DNA of 64,000 nt from Lachnospiraceae bacterium (GTDB taxonomy: Bacteria > Bacillota > Clostridia > Lachnospirales > Lachnospiraceae). The notes beneath the pieces are model-generated. The model had not been told where the DNA came from. It did not search any database and worked only from the letters and a program-made list of their open reading frames with translations. The stretch is from NCBI GenBank assembly GCA_020860755.1, contig JAJBTQ010000027.1:7489-71488 (forward strand). Reading direction: 5' to 3'. A program made the translations under genes and the position numbers. Below, piece by piece: positions 59,704 to 64,000 of the stretch. The stretch's first letter is position 1, and each line of letters begins with the position of its first letter.

Positions 59704-61143
59704 ATGTTTTGTCCAAAATGCGGGGCACCGATCGAAGATGAGAATACAACGTTTTGTACCTCCTGCGGGGCGCGGATCGGTGATCGGATGGAGTCAGACG
59801 GAGAATTTGAAGAAGAGGCGCCGGCGGATCGGTACCCAGACGAGTACGCAGATGAGTATTCGAATGAATATGCAGATGAGTACTCTGACAAGTATCCGGA
59901 TGGATATGATGACGAGTATTCGGATGAATATGCGGATGAATACGAGGATGAATTTGCCGACGGGGAGAGCCAGAATCCAAAGAGAAAACGGCGGATGATC
60001 ATCCTGATCATCATTGTTGCGGCTGCGGTCTGTGTGATCATTCTTTTGATGTGGAACCATTCCAGAAACACGGCTACGGCAGTGAAAGGAGCGAACGCGG
60101 AGACAAATCTCGGGGAGAAGGATGTCCTGGAGACAGATGACTCCGAGTCCGAGGACGAGACCTCCGGCCAGTATACGCCGACGGATCAGGGATCGTCCGC
60201 AGATCAGTCTTCTTCACCCGGACAGAGCCAAAGCGCCGCGGCAGGCACCTATATCCTTCCGGAGAGTGACAGCCGGTATTATTCGACGAGCGAGCTTTCC
60301 GGCCTCTCCAAAGACCAGCTCCGTCTGGCAAGGAATGAGATCTATGCCCGGCACGGCAGAAAGTTTGATGCGGCGGATTTACAGAGCTATTTTGACAGTC
60401 AGCCCTGGTATAAGGGAACCATCGAATCATCCGCGTTTAATGATAACGTGCTCAACCAATACGAAAAGACGAACATCGCGACCATCCAGCAGCTGGAAAA
60501 CGGATCATCGAATACAGCCGCTGTTTCCGGCAGCGTCGGAACGTCCGGCGGAAGTACGGCGAACACGGATGACTCCGCCTTTGAGGCATCGTGGAACGAG
60601 ATCCGAAACTATGGGTTCGGGCTGGATGATTGGATGACACCGGTGGGTGATTATTATTCAAATGAGTATGACTATTCGCCTCTAAGCTTTTGGCTGCAGG
60701 GGGGAACTGCGGTGGACAATGGTGATTACTACACTGTTCAGGCTGTGTTTGAGAAACCGGTCATGGTACCCGCCGATATGAAAGCGGGGGATACCTACAC
60801 GGCGGTGGTCGACGAGCTGACCGGAGAAAAGGAAACGTTTACCTGTGTCTCTGATGAGAACGGAGCCAAAACCTTCACCTCAGAGCATCACCCGGAGTGC
60901 GGGACCACCGGCTGGGAAAAAGACGGCATGGTGGCACTTCATGAGAATAGTGAAGACCGTATTGACGCGCCGTTTTATAACGGCGTGCTCCGGATCCGCA
61001 AGGATGCGCTGACCGGAGACGCGATTACTCAGGACCCTTATACCACGGTGACGATGTCCGATTTCGCATGGGATCACTGGTTTAATGCCGTTGCCTTTGA
61101 CGGGAACGGATATGTGACGCAGCTGATCTTTGTGGGGGACTGA
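59704..61143 (+). CDS. Zinc-ribbon + TM + YARHG domain membrane protein
   Basis: MFCPKCG..FCTSCG; acidic repeats; TM helix; YILPES...ARNEIYARHGRKF...PWY. Confidence 0.88.
   Translation: MFCPKCGAPIEDENTTFCTSCGARIGDRMESDGEFEEEAPADRYPDEYADEYSNEYADEYSDKYPDGYDDEYSDEYADEYEDEFADGESQNPKRKRRMIILIIIVAAAVCVIILLMWNHSRNTATAVKGANAETNLGEKDVLETDDSESEDETSGQYTPTDQGSSADQSSSPGQSQSAAAGTYILPESDSRYYSTSELSGLSKDQLRLARNEIYARHGRKFDAADLQSYFDSQPWYKGTIESSAFNDNVLNQYEKTNIATIQQLENGSSNTAAVSGSVGTSGGSTANTDDSAFEASWNEIRNYGFGLDDWMTPVGDYYSNEYDYSPLSFWLQGGTAVDNGDYYTVQAVFEKPVMVPADMKAGDTYTAVVDELTGEKETFTCVSDENGAKTFTSEHHPECGTTGWEKDGMVALHENSEDRIDAPFYNGVLRIRKDALTGDAITQDPYTTVTMSDFAWDHWFNAVAFDGNGYVTQLIFVGD
59827..59958 (+). repeat. 11 x 12-bp degenerate tandem repeat encoding DEYx
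   Basis: DRYP-DEYA-DEYS-NEYA-DEYS-DKYP-DGYD-DEYS-DEYA-DEYE-DEFA. Confidence 0.85.
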
Positions 61144-61295
61144 TGCCCTGAAAGCAGTGATATCGTAGAGGCAGGTATGCCCTTCGTGAAAACCTGAGAG
61201 TTAATGCTTGTCCGAATGGGGGATTCCTGTTATAATGTTAGCTGTTAAAATAAATAGTTTTTTATCTTATATGTGAGAACAGGAGATACACTGGA

Positions 61296-62456
61296 ATGAA
61301 AAAGGCAAAAGTGACAGTATGGTGTCTGGTACTGGTTTTATGTGCGGGATTGTTTCTTGCCGGATGCGGCAGAAAGGTAGACCCGGAAGAAGTGGAAGTA
61401 GTGGCAGAGATCATCTCTTTAGATGACGAGGAAGATGAAATGCAGTCGGTCGGAGACCCGACGGCTACTCTGGAAATCCAGATGACAAATGAGCTTGGCG
61501 ACACGATCACGGGGATCACGGCCCGTCTTGCGTCTGAGCTTGTCTATCCGGTCAACATGATGAGCGCCGGCCAGACCATAGAAAACAATGAGACGTTTCG
61601 TTTTTACTATGATCTGCAGGAGGCTGTGACAACGACCGCGACCACGGTTGAGACTGTAGTCGAGGAGGATCTCGAGGAGAACCCGGAAGCCGCTGCCGAA
61701 TTGTCAGCGATCGGCGACAACGCGCCGGACTGGGAATATGACGACGACATGGGAATGTACTACGATGATGAGACGGGAGAATACCACACCGAGGAAGAGT
61801 ATCAGGCGCTTGCAAACAGTCAGACGACCACGGAAGAAGTAACCGAGGATCTTGGGTACTGTCTTCAGGTGACGATGCAGAACAATACGGTCTATGAATT
61901 TTCCTATTTTTATCCGGACGACATGACAGAGGTGACTCTTTGCGTGGCGGACGGCGTGCCTTATCTCGAGTACATGAGCTTAAAGACCAATACGATGGTC
62001 AGCACCTTGGAGGCCGAGAAGATCATCAAGGCGAACAAGGATGCCGCGCAGGCTGTGATCGATATGATCTCTGCGATCGGAACAGTCTCAGAAGAGACCG
62101 TTGACACGGTCTCATCCCAAGCAGCGGAAGCCAGGGCAGCCTATGAGGCCCTGACTCCGGAACAGCAGGCCTATGTCACCAATTATGCGCTCCTCGAGCA
62201 GAAGGAGAGTGAGATCGAAGCCCTCGGCTACGGCGGGACGATGGACGAGGAAGAGGAAGAGGACTACGACTATGACTATGACGAGGATTGGGATGACATA
62301 GATGGTTATGAAACCGGTAATGAATCCGGCTACGATGATACGGGCGATTGGGATGACATGGATGGTTATGAAACCAGTGACGAATCCGGTTACGATGACA
62401 CGGATTATAACACCGACGAGGATGAAGATTTTGATAATGCTAACGAGGGAAATTAA
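61296..62456 (+). CDS. Acidic hypothetical lipoprotein
   Basis: Lipobox FLAG-C; helical module ARAAYEALTPEQQAYVTNY; D/E/Y-rich tail. Confidence 0.8.
   Translation: MKKAKVTVWCLVLVLCAGLFLAGCGRKVDPEEVEVVAEIISLDDEEDEMQSVGDPTATLEIQMTNELGDTITGITARLASELVYPVNMMSAGQTIENNETFRFYYDLQEAVTTTATTVETVVEEDLEENPEAAAELSAIGDNAPDWEYDDDMGMYYDDETGEYHTEEEYQALANSQTTTEEVTEDLGYCLQVTMQNNTVYEFSYFYPDDMTEVTLCVADGVPYLEYMSLKTNTMVSTLEAEKIIKANKDAAQAVIDMISAIGTVSEETVDTVSSQAAEARAAYEALTPEQQAYVTNYALLEQKESEIEALGYGGTMDEEEEEDYDYDYDEDWDDIDGYETGNESGYDDTGDWDDMDGYETSDESGYDDTDYNTDEDEDFDNANEGN
62286..62403 (+). repeat. Two tandem copies of a 60-bp unit
   Basis: GATTGGGATGACAT(A/G)GATGGTTATGAAACC... recurs at 62286 and 62346. Confidence 0.9.
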
Positions 62457-62528
62457 GCTGGGTCATATTCAGCAGCGGAAAACGAAGCACTTTCCGTGAA
62501 GCGGAGTATTAAGAATATGATTTTTTAA

Positions 62529-62565
62529 AAAGAGACAGCGTTGTCAAGACGCTGTCTCTTTGTTT
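62529..62565 (+). terminator. Intrinsic terminator
   Basis: AAAGAGACAGCGT-TGTCAAG-ACGCTGTCTCTTT. Confidence 0.8.
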
Positions 62566-62701
62566 AGTCCTTACAAAAGATTCCCGTGAAATAATATAAA
62601 TTTATGCAATAAAAATACTTTGATTTTATAGTCGCATCTGATACAATGTAAACGTATTTGAAAAGGGGTATTCTACTTAAATTTTAAGGAGGAGCGCAGC
62701 A

Positions 62702-63382
62702 ATGAAATATTCGATCGAGGGCGAACCGTTTCCCGTCGTCATCTGTGAGTTGGAGCAGGGCGAGGTGATGATCTGTGAGTCCGGCGGGATGGCCTGGATG
62801 TCGCCGAATATGAAGATGGAAACTTCTTCCCGCGGCGGCGCCGGAAAGGTGGTCGGACGCGCGTTGTCCAAAGAGCATCTTTTTATGAATACTTATACCG
62901 CGGAGGGCGGCAACGGACTGATCGCGTTCGCGTCCAATTTCCCCGGCGAGATCCGAAAGCTGGATATCACCCCGGGCAACGACATTATCGTACAGAAGTC
63001 CGGGTATCTCGCCTCAACAGAGGATGTGGATCTGTCCATCTTTTTCCAGAGAAAGTTTGGATCGGGCGCGTTTGGCGGCGAGGGCTTTATCATGCAGAAG
63101 CTCTCCGGAAACGGCACTGCATTTGTGGAATTAAACGGCTATATCAAAGAGTATGAGCTCTCCGAAGGACAGCAGATCGTCGTAGACACCGGCTATGTCG
63201 CGATGATGGAGGGGACCTGTTCGATGGAGGTGCAGACGATCCACGGCGCGAAAAACGTCCTTCTCGGCGGCGAGGGCCTTTTTAATACCATCATTAATGG
63301 ACCGGGCAAAGTCTGGCTCCAGAGTATGCCGCTGTGGCAGCTCGCGCAGGATCTCATTCCGCTTCTGCCTTCCTCCAGTTAA
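62702..63382 (+). CDS. TIGR00266/AIM24 family protein
   Basis: ESGGMAWMS, E.LFMNTY, FGGEGFIMQKLSG, VDTG, GGEGLF, GPGKVWLQS. Confidence 0.9.
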   Translation: MKYSIEGEPFPVVICELEQGEVMICESGGMAWMSPNMKMETSSRGGAGKVVGRALSKEHLFMNTYTAEGGNGLIAFASNFPGEIRKLDITPGNDIIVQKSGYLASTEDVDLSIFFQRKFGSGAFGGEGFIMQKLSGNGTAFVELNGYIKEYELSEGQQIVVDTGYVAMMEGTCSMEVQTIHGAKNVLLGGEGLFNTIINGPGKVWLQSMPLWQLAQDLIPLLPSSS

Positions 63383-63482
63383 GCGGGGAAGCGCTGCGCA
63401 ATAGGGCATAAGATCGACCATTACAACTTTATATAGAACACTTTTTAAAGGGCATTTCATTTTTAAAAAAGGAGATTTGAAA

Positions 63483-64000
63483 ATGGAAAAGATTTTCAAG
63501 CTGAAGCAGAACGGGACTACCGTCCGGACCGAGCTGATCGCTGGGTTTACCACCTTTATGACCCTGGCGTACATCCTCGCTCTGAACCCGAATCTGCTTA
63601 CAAACTTTGGCGCTGACGGCGGCCCGACGCTTTGGAACGCTGTCTTCCTTTCCACCTGTATCGCTTCGGCGGTCGGCATGTTTGTCATGGCATTTCTGGC
63701 GAACAAGCCGTTCGCGCTGGCACCCGGACTTGGCTTAAACAGCTTTTTTGCAGTTGTCGTCGCGAATATCGCGAGCCTTACGGGACTGACCTATCTGGAG
63801 GCTTACCAGTCGGCTCTGTGCATCATCCTGGTCGAGGGTGTTGTCTTTTTGGCACTGTCGCTCGTCAACGTGCGGGAAAAGATCGTACAGGCGATCCCTC
63901 TTGGAATCCGGCTCGGCATTGCACCGGCCATCGGACTTATGCTGATGAACATCGGCTTTGGTTCCAACGTGGGCATTTATTCCTCGGACGGCAGCGGACC
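63483..64000 (+). CDS. NCS2 (AzgA/PbuG-like) purine permease, 3'-truncated by window edge
   Basis: Translated by hand: MEKIFKLKQNGTTVRTELIAGFTTFMTLAYILALNP...ANKPFALAPGLGLNSFF; RBS AAGGAG. Confidence 0.9.
   Translation, partial: MEKIFKLKQNGTTVRTELIAGFTTFMTLAYILALNPNLLTNFGADGGPTLWNAVFLSTCIASAVGMFVMAFLANKPFALAPGLGLNSFFAVVVANIASLTGLTYLEAYQSALCIILVEGVVFLALSLVNVREKIVQAIPLGIRLGIAPAIGLMLMNIGFGSNVGIYSSDGSG

Noticed and set aside
59827-59958. Periodic repeats as CRISPR or iterons
   Set aside because: 12-bp codon-phase repeat with synonymous variation inside a CDS
62286-62403. Direct repeats as a CRISPR array
   Set aside because: Only two contiguous in-frame units, no unique spacers, no cas genes
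47236-62500. Accessory region as a prophage or ICE inserted at the rlmD 3' end
   Set aside because: RNA-methyltransferase 3' ends are known integration sites, but no integrase, att duplication, phage or conjugation genes were seen
63383-63482. Purine riboswitch before the NCS2 permease
   Set aside because: No TATGG/GTTTCTACC/CCGTAAA core and no leader terminator

Overview
64-kb chromosomal window from a moderately GC-rich Clostridia bacterium; gene content and order look Lachnospiraceae-like (inferred, not searched). About 1-47 kb is mostly housekeeping: sugar-phosphate nucleotidyltransferases, LCP, arcC, pyk, tandem LTA-synthase-family genes, udp, thiSFGH-tenI, pyrG, ftsH-uvrC-hprK-M18 peptidase-murB-whiA, type III glnA, ispE-GntR-murI, asnS, recJ, nadE, pcrA, rlmD. 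About 47-62 kb is accessory. Its most notable part is a putative aromatic/polyphenol catabolic cluster (48.8-57.1 kb) with three diverged PhlG/phloretin-hydrolase (C-C hydrolase) paralogues, an amidohydrolase_2 decarboxylase-like enzyme, an AT-rich divergent TetR and a GntP-like permease. A zinc-ribbon/YARHG envelope gene cluster follows. Notable non-coding signals: an ANTAR-like attenuator before glnA, a 272-bp multi-hairpin element with terminal inverted repeats before rlmD, and a promoter- and terminator-bounded rod-shaped sRNA candidate near 57.23-57.39 kb. No rRNA, tRNA, CRISPR array, transposase or integrase was recognised. All calls come from reading motifs by eye; no searches or folding programs were run.
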